From: Promethearchaeota archaeon
Lineage (GTDB): Archaea > Asgardarchaeota > Lokiarchaeia > Sigyniarchaeales > SOKP01
DNA length: 32,000 nt
Reading direction: 5' to 3'
Assembly (NCBI GenBank): GCA_030606485.1
Contig: JAUWGH010000001.1
Span: 750,001-782,000, forward strand
In this document: positions 16,593-25,821 of the stretch, piece by piece
Position numbering within the stretch: position 1 is the stretch's first letter
How the letters are laid out: every line of letters begins with the position of its first letter
Program-made: the position numbers and the translations under genes
Notes under the pieces: model-generated
What the model was told of the DNA's origin: nothing
Database searches by the model: none
What the model saw: the letters and a program-made list of their open reading frames with translations, nothing else

Positions 16593-18611
16593 ATGAAATT
16601 TTTTAAGCTGTTTAATCCGATAAAAATCGGACAGATTGAATTAAAAAACAGAATTGTAATGCCTGCGATGCATACAGGCTATGCAAAAGATGCTTTTGTA
16701 ACAGAACGATTAATTGATTTTTATACTGAAAGGGCGAGAGGTGGGGCGGCATTACTTCTAATTGGCGGATGCCATGTTTCAAAAGTTGCAATGGGTTTAC
16801 CAAGCATGATTGGGATAAGTGATGATAAATATCTGCCTGGTTTAACTGATTTATCCAATGAAGTCCATGAAGCTGAAATTAATGTTAAAGTTGGAGCTCA
16901 ATTATATCACTCTGGGAGATATGCATTTCCATTTATTATTGGGGAACAACCAGTATCTGCTTCTGCAATTTATTCAAGATTTTCAAAAACCACACCAAGA
17001 GAATTGTCAAATGATGAAATAAAAGAAGTTCATAACCAATTTGCCGCTGCAGCAGTTCGATCGAAGGATAGTGGTTTTGATATAGTAGAAGTTTGTGCAT
17101 CCGCAGGTTATTTAGTTGGTCAATTTCTATCACTGGTGGTAAATAAGAGAACTGATCGATATGGTGGCGATCTCGAAAGTCGGTTAAATTTTCCTTTAGA
17201 GCTAATTGAAACTGTCCGGGGTAAAATAGGAAATTTTACATTTGGATTTCGAGAATCAGGGGATGATTTTATGCCAGGAGGTTTAACATACAACGATAAA
17301 AGAAAAATTGCTATAGAATATGAAAAAGCAGGTTTAGATTTCATTAATGTAACTGGTGGATGGCATGAAACAAAGGTACCTCAAATAACGGCTGATGTTC
17401 CACCAGGAGCGTATTCATATCTTGCTGAAAATATAAAAAACGTATTATCTATTCCTGTATTTGCTTCAAATAGAATTAATGATCCATTATTAGCAGAAGA
17501 AATTTTAATAGCAGATAAAGCAGATTGCATCTGTATGGGGAGAGCCTTAATAGCCGATCCTTATCTCCCAAATAAAGCAATGAACGGTGAATTAAGAGAT
17601 ATTCGTCACTGCGTTGCATGTAATCAAGGTTGTTTCGATAGAATATTTATACCAAAACCAATTCAATGTTTAAGAAATGCACAAGCAGGAAATGAGAAAA
17701 AATATAAACTTAAAAAGATTGACAGTGTTAAAAAAGTAATGATTATAGGAGCAGGTCCAGCAGGTTTAGAAGCAGCAAGAATAGCACGGATGCGGAGTCA
17801 TACTGTAGAATTATTCGATAAAGCCGATAAAATTGGTGGTTTAATTTATTCAGTATATACTCCACCAGGCAGACAAGAATTTGAAAAAATGATTGATTAT
17901 TATAAATACCAGATTGAAAAACTTGGAATCAATTTACATCTAAATATAAATGTCACAGAGCAAATAATCGAACAAATTAATCCTGAAGTTATAATTTTCG
18001 CAATAGGTACGATACCAATTATTCCAAATATTCCAGGAATCGATAATGAAAATGTCTTTTTAGCTACTGACATTTTAGAGAGAGAAGCGCCATTAGGTAA
18101 AAATGTCGTAATCATCGGAGGAGGTGGAACAGGTATTGAAGTGGCGATTTATGCAGCAAAATATGGTGCTATGAAAAATGATGTACTTGAATTTTTAACT
18201 TTTTATAACTGTTTAGAACCTGAGGTTGCTTTGAATATGCTTCATAAAGGAAATAAAAAAGTTACTGTATTGGAAATGTTACCTCGTCCCGGAAGTGACA
18301 TAGGTAAAACCACAAAATGGACTTTATTAGGAAAATGTGATAAGTTAGGAGTAAATATAATCACTAATGCAAATATTACTAAAATAGAAAAGAATAGAAT
18401 AATTTATTCACTTCCTGATCAAGAGAATTTAGAAATCGAGGATGTTGATACATATATTATAGCAACGGGTGTAAAACCAAATAATGAGCTCTATAATCAA
18501 GTCAAAAATACGGGAAAATTCAAGAGCTTATTCCTAATCGGGGATTGCAGGGAACCTGCAACAATTTTAGAGGCAATTCACAGGGCATATAGAGTCGCAA
18601 ACAAGATTTAA
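16593..18611 (+). CDS. fadH: NADH:flavin oxidoreductase, 2,4-dienoyl-CoA reductase (FadH)-like
   Basis: LKNRIVMPAMH, ERARGG, SAGYLVGQFLS, NKRTDRYGG, GRALIADP, CVACNQGC (Fe-S), IIGAGPAGLEAA and IIGGGGTG; 672 aa. The family is secure; the substrate is not. Confidence 0.85.
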   Translation: MKFFKLFNPIKIGQIELKNRIVMPAMHTGYAKDAFVTERLIDFYTERARGGAALLLIGGCHVSKVAMGLPSMIGISDDKYLPGLTDLSNEVHEAEINVKVGAQLYHSGRYAFPFIIGEQPVSASAIYSRFSKTTPRELSNDEIKEVHNQFAAAAVRSKDSGFDIVEVCASAGYLVGQFLSLVVNKRTDRYGGDLESRLNFPLELIETVRGKIGNFTFGFRESGDDFMPGGLTYNDKRKIAIEYEKAGLDFINVTGGWHETKVPQITADVPPGAYSYLAENIKNVLSIPVFASNRINDPLLAEEILIADKADCICMGRALIADPYLPNKAMNGELRDIRHCVACNQGCFDRIFIPKPIQCLRNAQAGNEKKYKLKKIDSVKKVMIIGAGPAGLEAARIARMRSHTVELFDKADKIGGLIYSVYTPPGRQEFEKMIDYYKYQIEKLGINLHLNINVTEQIIEQINPEVIIFAIGTIPIIPNIPGIDNENVFLATDILEREAPLGKNVVIIGGGGTGIEVAIYAAKYGAMKNDVLEFLTFYNCLEPEVALNMLHKGNKKVTVLEMLPRPGSDIGKTTKWTLLGKCDKLGVNIITNANITKIEKNRIIYSLPDQENLEIEDVDTYIIATGVKPNNELYNQVKNTGKFKSLFLIGDCREPATILEAIHRAYRVANKI

Positions 18612-18667
18612 TTTTTTTTTATCATTTTATTTATATCATCCAATTTCAAAACTTAAAAGGAAAAATA

Positions 18668-19576
18668 TTGGTCAAATCTACAACAAAAAAAAGACAAAAG
18701 TTTTCACTTAGCTCTATAGAAAAAATATCCGGTGTATCTAATCAAAAAGTAATAGAGTACATAGATGATTTAATTAGATTTCTTAAAAAAAAAGTTGGTT
18801 CAGATAAAATAATATCAATTATCTTATTTGGAAGTAATACTTATTTGAATGATACATCTAAGATTTCAGACTGTGATATATTGGTAATCTTATCTGATGA
18901 TATCTCAGATGCCGAAATCAATTCATTAGAAAAATATTTCTTCGAATTAGAGATTAAACACGAGTTAAATATTAAACCAAAAAATTTTTTGGATTCTGTA
19001 CTCAAAATTATTGAAAAATCTACGGGAATGTATGTATCTCATTTTGTAACAAGAAAATCATATTGGTTAACAAAAAAATTTGCAAAAATCTTTCGAGTGA
19101 ATAGAATTTTTGCTTATATGTTCGCTCCGAGAAATATTGTGATAAAAAGTATGATTAGTTCCTCAATTATTCTTTTGGGAGACGATTTACGATACATTGA
19201 TAAAGAAATTACCATTACTTCATTTGGAATGATTAAAAGTATTCTTTTAAATTTAATTATTTCAATTTTTTCAATTGGATTTGGTTTATTTTATAAAAAT
19301 AATTTAAAATATGAGTTAGAAGCAATAAAATGGTCCATAAAAGCAACAAATTTTTATTTATTTAATGATACTTGCGAGCTTAATAAAACAGTCAAACGTT
19401 TTTTAAAACTGAGTAATCAAAATAAAATGTTAATCTCTTTTTTCAAGAGATTTTTATATTTAAGACGGTCACCAAATAGACGAAGTTTTGGACATTTTTT
19501 TTTGACTCCAATAAATATACTTAAAGTCCATCTTTTAGGATTATCGTATAAAAAATTAATTAAAGATAAAAAATAA
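18668..19576 (+). CDS. Nucleotidyltransferase (Pol-beta/MNT) domain protein with long C-terminal extension
   Basis: IILFGS...SDCDILVI (hG[GS]-x-DhD signature); TTG start. Confidence 0.75.
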   Translation: MVKSTTKKRQKFSLSSIEKISGVSNQKVIEYIDDLIRFLKKKVGSDKIISIILFGSNTYLNDTSKISDCDILVILSDDISDAEINSLEKYFFELEIKHELNIKPKNFLDSVLKIIEKSTGMYVSHFVTRKSYWLTKKFAKIFRVNRIFAYMFAPRNIVIKSMISSSIILLGDDLRYIDKEITITSFGMIKSILLNLIISIFSIGFGLFYKNNLKYELEAIKWSIKATNFYLFNDTCELNKTVKRFLKLSNQNKMLISFFKRFLYLRRSPNRRSFGHFFLTPINILKVHLLGLSYKKLIKDKK

Positions 19577-19669
19577 TATGATTATTAAATAATTACAAAT
19601 TAATAGATTCAAATTTTTATTATAATTAATACAGTTTGAACTAATTAAATAATTCCTTGGGATGAATTA

Positions 19670-20212
19670 ATGTCCAGAATTGGCACAAATTTGAAGGATA
19701 TATATCTAGAAATTATATCACATGTAAAATTTGAATTAGAATTTCATAGGGATAAAGAAAATCCAATGTTTGAGAGGATTATGAAAACTCGTCAATTCCA
19801 AACGAAGCTCCAGAGTTTGAAAGATTTTATATTTGAATATTATGATCTTCTCTATAAAGATAAAGAAAACCCAGTTACTAGGGCCGCTCTTAAAGAGCAG
19901 CTCAACAATCTCTCTCGCTTAATCAACTACTATGATGATCTCAGTAATTTCTACGATGATTTGGTGCTTGGAAAAATAACAAAAGAAAAATTTAAAGATA
20001 TAATCAACTATAGTCATATTCAGTTACTTTTTTTAATTCTAACTTCAATATTGGACTGGGAACACTACAGAAACTCTTTTATTTTCCCTGAAGATAAAGA
20101 AAAAGAAAAAAAGTTTAAACAATTTCTTACAAAAATAGCTTCTGAAGAAATCAAGAGTATTGATGATATTCGGGAGTTAGAACAAAAAATTTTCCAGGAT
20201 TTAAAGGTTTAA
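19670..20212 (+). CDS. Hypothetical all-helical protein
   Basis: 180-aa ATG ORF with no competing long ORF; the pentapeptide DKENP occurs twice; no family recognised. Confidence 0.7.
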   Translation: MSRIGTNLKDIYLEIISHVKFELEFHRDKENPMFERIMKTRQFQTKLQSLKDFIFEYYDLLYKDKENPVTRAALKEQLNNLSRLINYYDDLSNFYDDLVLGKITKEKFKDIINYSHIQLLFLILTSILDWEHYRNSFIFPEDKEKEKKFKQFLTKIASEEIKSIDDIRELEQKIFQDLKV

Positions 20213-20220
20213 ATTCATTT

Positions 20221-22506
20221 TTAAAAAATTTTAAAATCTTCTTCCCTTAATTTATCATATTCGTCAAAGATTAAATCAATTTTATTTAGAAGTTTTTTAA
20301 CAATTTTTTGTTTGTCTTTATGAGCTTGCATTGTATCTAAGATAATTTGTTCAATATCCACCTCATATTCACCTGTAATCGCAGAAATTTTCTTAAATTC
20401 TTTTTGACTGATACCTAAGGTGTCCAATTCACTTAAAATTTGAGTCAGATTATCTTCTAATTTTTGAGTGGCACTTTTAGCTTTTATACTTTTATCATGC
20501 AATGACTCAATAGTTTTAAGATACTTTTTATCTTCTTCAGAAAGCTCTATCTCTTGAATGCTATAACCCTCAATACGCTCTTTCAAAAGTAATTCCACAC
20601 GATTGTAGATTGCTATTGCTCGTTTAACATCTAATAACACAGCAAATAAGTCGTATTTTCTTTTTAAACGTGCTTCACATATCCACAAATAACCATCATC
20701 ATATAGAGTTTTAAGTTTACCTAGGCTACTAATTTCCCACTCATCAAGGGATAATATTAATTGTGATTTATCTATCTCTAACTCTTTTCTTCGCTCTGGT
20801 GAGATATCTTCTTTTGATAATTCTTTTTGTAACTTTTTATAGTCTTGTTTGAGGAGAATCGCTTTTAATTTGAGAATATGAGCCTTATTTTCAATATTGG
20901 TAATACTTCTACTTTCACCCCTTTCCTCACAAAAGGAAAAAATATCTATTGCCTCATCTAATAAAGATATAAATTTTTTTACATTTGATTTGAAGTAGAA
21001 TCTTAAATCATATACTTTCTGCAATGCTCGATCAATTTGAATTTCTAATTCAAATATATAGTCAATTAATGATGTTTGTTTTCTTTCTGATAATATTTTT
21101 GATTTTTCATCCATGTCCTTAACTACAGATTTCAGAGATAATGCCCAACAAATTCCTCCAGGAATCCAAAATAATATTGCGATAATCATCATATTATAGA
21201 CACTTCCTAATAATTGTATTAAAGTAAAGGAAATAAGGAGAGTGATACCTTTTCCAGTTTGTTCTGAAAGACGAAATAGGGATGCAGTAGTACCTTTATG
21301 CTCGGGTAAATTAACATCAAACATTACAGCATTTCTATTTGCAATGGGTCCCGCACTTAAAGTTGATCCAATCAATGCAAAAATGAAGAAAATTATATAG
21401 GAAGGATAGTTAACAAATATTGCTCCAACAGCAATAAAAATATACTGGCCTGTTTGTTCAACGGGAATTGGTTCGGGAATATTTAAAGATTCCACAAAAT
21501 CTGAACTTATTGGTTTTAACATGAAAAATGCAATTAAGCATAATGGAACTGTTGTAATCATACAAAAAACCGCCAATCTAACACGATTTTTACGATTCCT
21601 TCTAAATAATGTATCGCTTAACCTTGAAAGGAGCATATTTCCTAAAATATATCCAATCCCAACTAAACCCCCAAAAATTGTTGCTGTTTGTATACGTATA
21701 GCTGCAGGCAATATATTAAAAAAAGATTGGGACAACATAGAAATTAAAAAATATACAATTATCGTTCCCGGGATAATTGCGAAAAATCCTTGAATTATTA
21801 GATATTTATTTGTATTTTTTTGTATAATTTGTGTTAATTCACTTTTAGAGATCTTATAAACATATTCTAATTCATATTGGGATAAATCTAATAATTCTGC
21901 CTCACTGGCACCTCGTTGTGGAAAGTCCACAAAAAATAATATAAAAGTCACAATAATGCTTATTATTGAGAGAAGAATGAAGGGAAATTTCCACCCAAAT
22001 CCTAATATGTTTAAAGGGCCTAAAAATGAAGACAAACCCTGGCCAACACCGTTGGATACACTAGAAAGAATAGCAATTGTTCCAAACCAACCAGAACGCT
22101 CATCTGGCGGAATAATATCTGATATAATAGAGTATCCTACTGGTAAAACACATCCCAACCCAAAACCGCTTAAAATTCTGGATAAAATCAATACTTCAAA
22201 ATATTCACTTGTTCCAGTAAGAATCATTCCAATCGTCCAAGCAAAAGCCCCAGCCATTAAGACTTTTGACCTATTTATTCTATCAGTGTAATAACCCCAA
22301 AGTAAGGCAAAAAAAGCACTAGTCAATACAAAAAAGGCATCCGGAATTGCTACAAGTGAGTTATCAATATTAAAATATTCTTTTATTACACCATAACTTG
22401 GTATTAGCATATTCGCACAAGCAACGGAAATAAATAAAAGAATCATGATTAAAATTACGGGAATTAATTGCGAACCCCTAATTTTAGTAATAGGAATATG
22501 AGTCAC
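20221..22506 (-). CDS. MFS transporter fused to a ~300-aa C-terminal helical soluble domain
   Basis: About 12 TM segments with GYYTDRINRSK (motif A) and LSDTLFRRNRK, followed by a charged helical tail; GTG start. Confidence 0.88.
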   Translation of the reverse strand: MTHIPITKIRGSQLIPVILIMILLFISVACANMLIPSYGVIKEYFNIDNSLVAIPDAFFVLTSAFFALLWGYYTDRINRSKVLMAGAFAWTIGMILTGTSEYFEVLILSRILSGFGLGCVLPVGYSIISDIIPPDERSGWFGTIAILSSVSNGVGQGLSSFLGPLNILGFGWKFPFILLSIISIIVTFILFFVDFPQRGASEAELLDLSQYELEYVYKISKSELTQIIQKNTNKYLIIQGFFAIIPGTIIVYFLISMLSQSFFNILPAAIRIQTATIFGGLVGIGYILGNMLLSRLSDTLFRRNRKNRVRLAVFCMITTVPLCLIAFFMLKPISSDFVESLNIPEPIPVEQTGQYIFIAVGAIFVNYPSYIIFFIFALIGSTLSAGPIANRNAVMFDVNLPEHKGTTASLFRLSEQTGKGITLLISFTLIQLLGSVYNMMIIAILFWIPGGICWALSLKSVVKDMDEKSKILSERKQTSLIDYIFELEIQIDRALQKVYDLRFYFKSNVKKFISLLDEAIDIFSFCEERGESRSITNIENKAHILKLKAILLKQDYKKLQKELSKEDISPERRKELEIDKSQLILSLDEWEISSLGKLKTLYDDGYLWICEARLKRKYDLFAVLLDVKRAIAIYNRVELLLKERIEGYSIQEIELSEEDKKYLKTIESLHDKSIKAKSATQKLEDNLTQILSELDTLGISQKEFKKISAITGEYEVDIEQIILDTMQAHKDKQKIVKKLLNKIDLIFDEYDKLREEDFKIF

Positions 22507-22979
22507 CTACTTGTGTCAAAGAAATATTAGAAAAAAAAATGATTATTATAATAAAGTAAAATTTAATTGAAAAATCTTATTAAATCAATCATACGTATGG
22601 ATCCTTCACAATTTCTGCTTTTACAACAATTATTTATTATACAATTTTCACTCTTACAGAGATACATTTTATAAAGTTAAATTCGTATAATTGAATAGAA
22701 AGGGTGTAATTAAAACTGACCTATATTGGCAGTGGCCAATTAAAAAATTTGGAGATAAAATCGATTTTTAAAAATAAAATAGAATCTTGGGATTAATAGT
22801 TTTCTGTTAAAAAAGAGCTAAATGTAAATATCGAATGTAATTATCTTTATATTAAGAAAAATAATTAATTTGCTTCGATTTTATATTTATGCATTGTGAG
22901 TTTTGAAAAAATTTATTTGAAATAAATAACAATTATAGTTAAATCTAAAAAGAGAATTAATTATTTAAAATCTATTTCT

Positions 22980-23054
22980 GGGCCTGTGGATTAGTGGAAG
23001 ATCGCTTGCTTGGCATGCAAGAGGTCGCGGGTTCAATTCCCGTCAGGTCCACCA
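22980..23054 (+). tRNA. tRNA-Ala(GGC), CCA encoded
   Basis: Acceptor GGGCCTG/CAGGTCC with G3:U70; anticodon arm CTTGC-TTGGCAT-GCAAG; T arm GCGGG-TTCAATT-CCCGT; ends ACCA. Confidence 0.96.
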
Positions 23055-23216
23055 TTTTTAATTTCATTATCTTCGCCTTAATCAAATTTTTTTCTAAAAT
23101 AAATCTATGTAGATTCAACAATAAGATTTAAATATATAGAATTCTTTTTTTAAAGTAAGATACACTATGTATTTTCAACAATTAACTTAATATTAAAATA
23201 TAAATTGTGAAAAAAT

Positions 23217-23732
23217 ATGGATGTTAGTTCTAAGTTTTCTGAAGAAAGTTTGAGAAAAATTGCTGAAGAAAAAATTAATTATAGAATATCTGTTAAAATT
23301 CATGTAACTGCTTTCCTCTTGGTGAATGCACTACTCTTTTTTATAAATATCTTAACACTTCCAGATAAGTTATGGGTAATTTATCCATTTTTTGGATGGT
23401 TAATTGGATTAAACATCCATACTATGTTATATATTTTATATGCACGGGGAGTATATCCTATGGCAAAAAGAGCTTTTATTGTTAATTTAACTGCTTATCT
23501 CTCAACAATGTTATTATTGTTTCTTATTAATATTTTAACTCTCAGTTCATATATATGGGCTATTTATCCAGCCATAACTTGGGGATTTGCTTTGGTCGCA
23601 CATCTAATCATTTTCTTGCTATATTTTCAACAGTCAAAAATTAAAGAAGATGAAAGAAAATCAAAAAAAGAAATGTCTATTGAAAAAGAACTCCAAAAAA
23701 TGAAGATTAGATTAGAAAAACAGAAGAAGTAA
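23217..23732 (+). CDS. 2TM-domain membrane protein (tandem 2TM units)
   Basis: Two repeats of H/N..A(F/Y)L...LFxIN..T....W.IYP...WG/LI...H. Confidence 0.82.
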   Translation: MDVSSKFSEESLRKIAEEKINYRISVKIHVTAFLLVNALLFFINILTLPDKLWVIYPFFGWLIGLNIHTMLYILYARGVYPMAKRAFIVNLTAYLSTMLLLFLINILTLSSYIWAIYPAITWGFALVAHLIIFLLYFQQSKIKEDERKSKKEMSIEKELQKMKIRLEKQKK

Positions 23733-23746
23733 TTTGTGAGAAATTT

Positions 23747-24406
23747 ATGTGGTTTGGAAAATTTTTAGACATTAAAGATCAAGTAGAAGCAGAGACTTCT
23801 GAATTTAAGAAGAAATTATTTGCTGATATTAAAAAAGATAAATTGACGCCCTTGGAATTCTCAATACTAGAGAATATTTTTAACCATGAAGAGATTTCAG
23901 GTTATGATCTTATTCATTATTTAAACGAACATTTTGCAGGAACTTGGGAAGCCAAATCCGGCACGATTTATCCTATTTTATCAAAATTAAAGGTCAAAGG
24001 TTTCTTAAAAACAAGAACTGTTAAAAGCCCAATCGGTCCTTTGAAGAAACTATACCAATTAACCGAAGCAGGAAAAGTGATTTTGAAAGGAAAGGTAAAA
24101 CAACATTTCTTTGACCAAATAAAATTTATGGAAAATTATTTAAACGAATTAATATCGATATATATTCATTCATTTCCAGAAGAGGAGCATAAAGACAAGA
24201 TTTCTGAAGTTCAAGATTTAGTAGAAAAATCATTTGAAAGAATTATTAAAAACATTCCCTTAACAGTTGCCTTTAAAGAAACGTGTCCAAAATGTAAAAA
24301 CGAGATTGAAAGAAAAGTTGCTTTTTGTCCGCATTGTGGAGAACCTATGTATTCAGATAAATCAGAACGTTCACATGTAGAAAATGAGAAGGAAGTAAAA
24401 ACATAA
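23747..24406 (+). CDS. PadR-family transcriptional regulator with C-terminal zinc ribbon
   Basis: SGYDLI, WEAKSGTIYPILSKL and KLYQLTEAG, then CPKC-x10-CPHC. Confidence 0.9.
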   Translation: MWFGKFLDIKDQVEAETSEFKKKLFADIKKDKLTPLEFSILENIFNHEEISGYDLIHYLNEHFAGTWEAKSGTIYPILSKLKVKGFLKTRTVKSPIGPLKKLYQLTEAGKVILKGKVKQHFFDQIKFMENYLNELISIYIHSFPEEEHKDKISEVQDLVEKSFERIIKNIPLTVAFKETCPKCKNEIERKVAFCPHCGEPMYSDKSERSHVENEKEVKT

Positions 24407-24450
24407 TTATGAAAAACAATTTTATTTTTCCAACTTAATTTTTTTAATTT

Positions 24451-25173
24451 CTATTGTTTCTCAAATTTTTGAACAGAACCATCTTCTTTACCAATATAAG
24501 CAATTGATGCCATATTTATAAAAAGTCCAGTATCGACAATCCCTGAAATACTTAATAATTTTTTATTTAAATCCTGAGGGTCTTTTATGATATTAAAATC
24601 AACATCAATAATGAAATTACCATTATCTGTAACGACAGGACCCATTTTGGCTACACCCATTCTTAAATTAGGAACACCACCTAATTTTTTCATCTCTTTC
24701 ATTATTGGAATGCAAGCTCCGGGCAAAATTTCAAGTGGAACACCCTTTTTCCATTTTTCGCCAAGATATGTTGACTTTTTTCTAAAATCTGCTATTATAA
24801 TTAATTTTTTAGAATAAGAAGCGAGAATTTTTTCCTGAAGCAGGCAACCGCCGCCACCTTTTATTAAATTAAGGTTTTCATCAATTTCATCAGCCCCGTC
24901 GAGATCTACATCAATCTCGGGATTTTGATTTAATGTCCCTAAAGGTAATCCATTTTCAATTATTAACTGCTCTGCCTGATATGATGTAGGAATACAGATG
25001 ACATCCCATTTATTTTGTTTTACAATTTTGGCTAATTCCTTTACGGCAAAAACAATAGTAGAACCACTACCTATACCAATTTTTATATTATTTTGAATAT
25101 TTTCTTCAACTGCAAGTTTTGCAGCTTCACGCTTACATTTTTCAATAAGATTAATATCTCCCATCTTTTTCAC
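24451..25173 (-). CDS. rpiA: Ribose-5-phosphate isomerase A
   Basis: IGIGSGST, DGADE, KGGGG, PLEI and VTDNGNFIID; ATG at 25164 is an alternative start to the GTG at 25173. Confidence 0.97.
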   Translation of the reverse strand: MKKMGDINLIEKCKREAAKLAVEENIQNNIKIGIGSGSTIVFAVKELAKIVKQNKWDVICIPTSYQAEQLIIENGLPLGTLNQNPEIDVDLDGADEIDENLNLIKGGGGCLLQEKILASYSKKLIIIADFRKKSTYLGEKWKKGVPLEILPGACIPIMKEMKKLGGVPNLRMGVAKMGPVVTDNGNFIIDVDFNIIKDPQDLNKKLLSISGIVDTGLFINMASIAYIGKEDGSVQKFEKQ

Positions 25174-25193
25174 ATTCCATATCTTCCCCCAAC

Positions 25194-25619
25194 TTAGATC
25201 CTCCTCAACAACCCCAAAACCCGAATGGCTAAATATGCTGCATTATCACCGCGATCAATTCCCACACAAGCAACAGGTACTCCTGGTGGCATTTGAACAA
25301 TAGATAATAGTGCATCTAATCCCCCTAAATTATGATTTACAGGAACCCCTATTACTGGTTTTTCTGTTTTGGAGGCTATTACTCCAGGTAAGGCTGCAGA
25401 TAAACCTGCAACTGCTATAAAAATTAAGGATTTTGTCGAGTTAATGTATTTATCCAATTCTTCGGGATTTCTATGTGCAGAAAGAATTTTAAATTCATGT
25501 GGTACATTATTTTCTTCTAACACTTTTAGTGCTTTGTCAAAAACTAACTTATCTGAATTACTACCAGCAATAACTGATACTAATGATTCCTCATTTTTAC
25601 CTATGTTAAAATTGGACAT
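25194..25619 (-). CDS. purE: AIR carboxylase / N5-CAIR mutase PurE
   Basis: [42 protein letters not shown] and NAA. Confidence 0.96.
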   Translation of the reverse strand: MSNFNIGKNEESLVSVIAGSNSDKLVFDKALKVLEENNVPHEFKILSAHRNPEELDKYINSTKSLIFIAVAGLSAALPGVIASKTEKPVIGVPVNHNLGGLDALLSIVQMPPGVPVACVGIDRGDNAAYLAIRVLGLLRRI

Positions 25620-25821
25620 AATTAATCTAAATATTTTAAAAATAAAAAGAATTCTAATAGGTTCTTAATATTTTCAAAAAAATTTATCAAAAACTATAAT
25701 GTTATGTTTTGATATTCAAAATCTGTTTATCAAAAAGTTTAATATAATTTTTTTATTTGATTAATTAACATCAAAAACTTATTGTTAAAATAATTTTTAG
25801 AAAAAAGAGGGAACTTTAAAA

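Noticed and set aside
7586-23054. Integrated element bounded by the tRNA genes
   Set aside because: No integrase or transposase, no duplicated tRNA 3' end (att site), and the content is housekeeping or metabolic.
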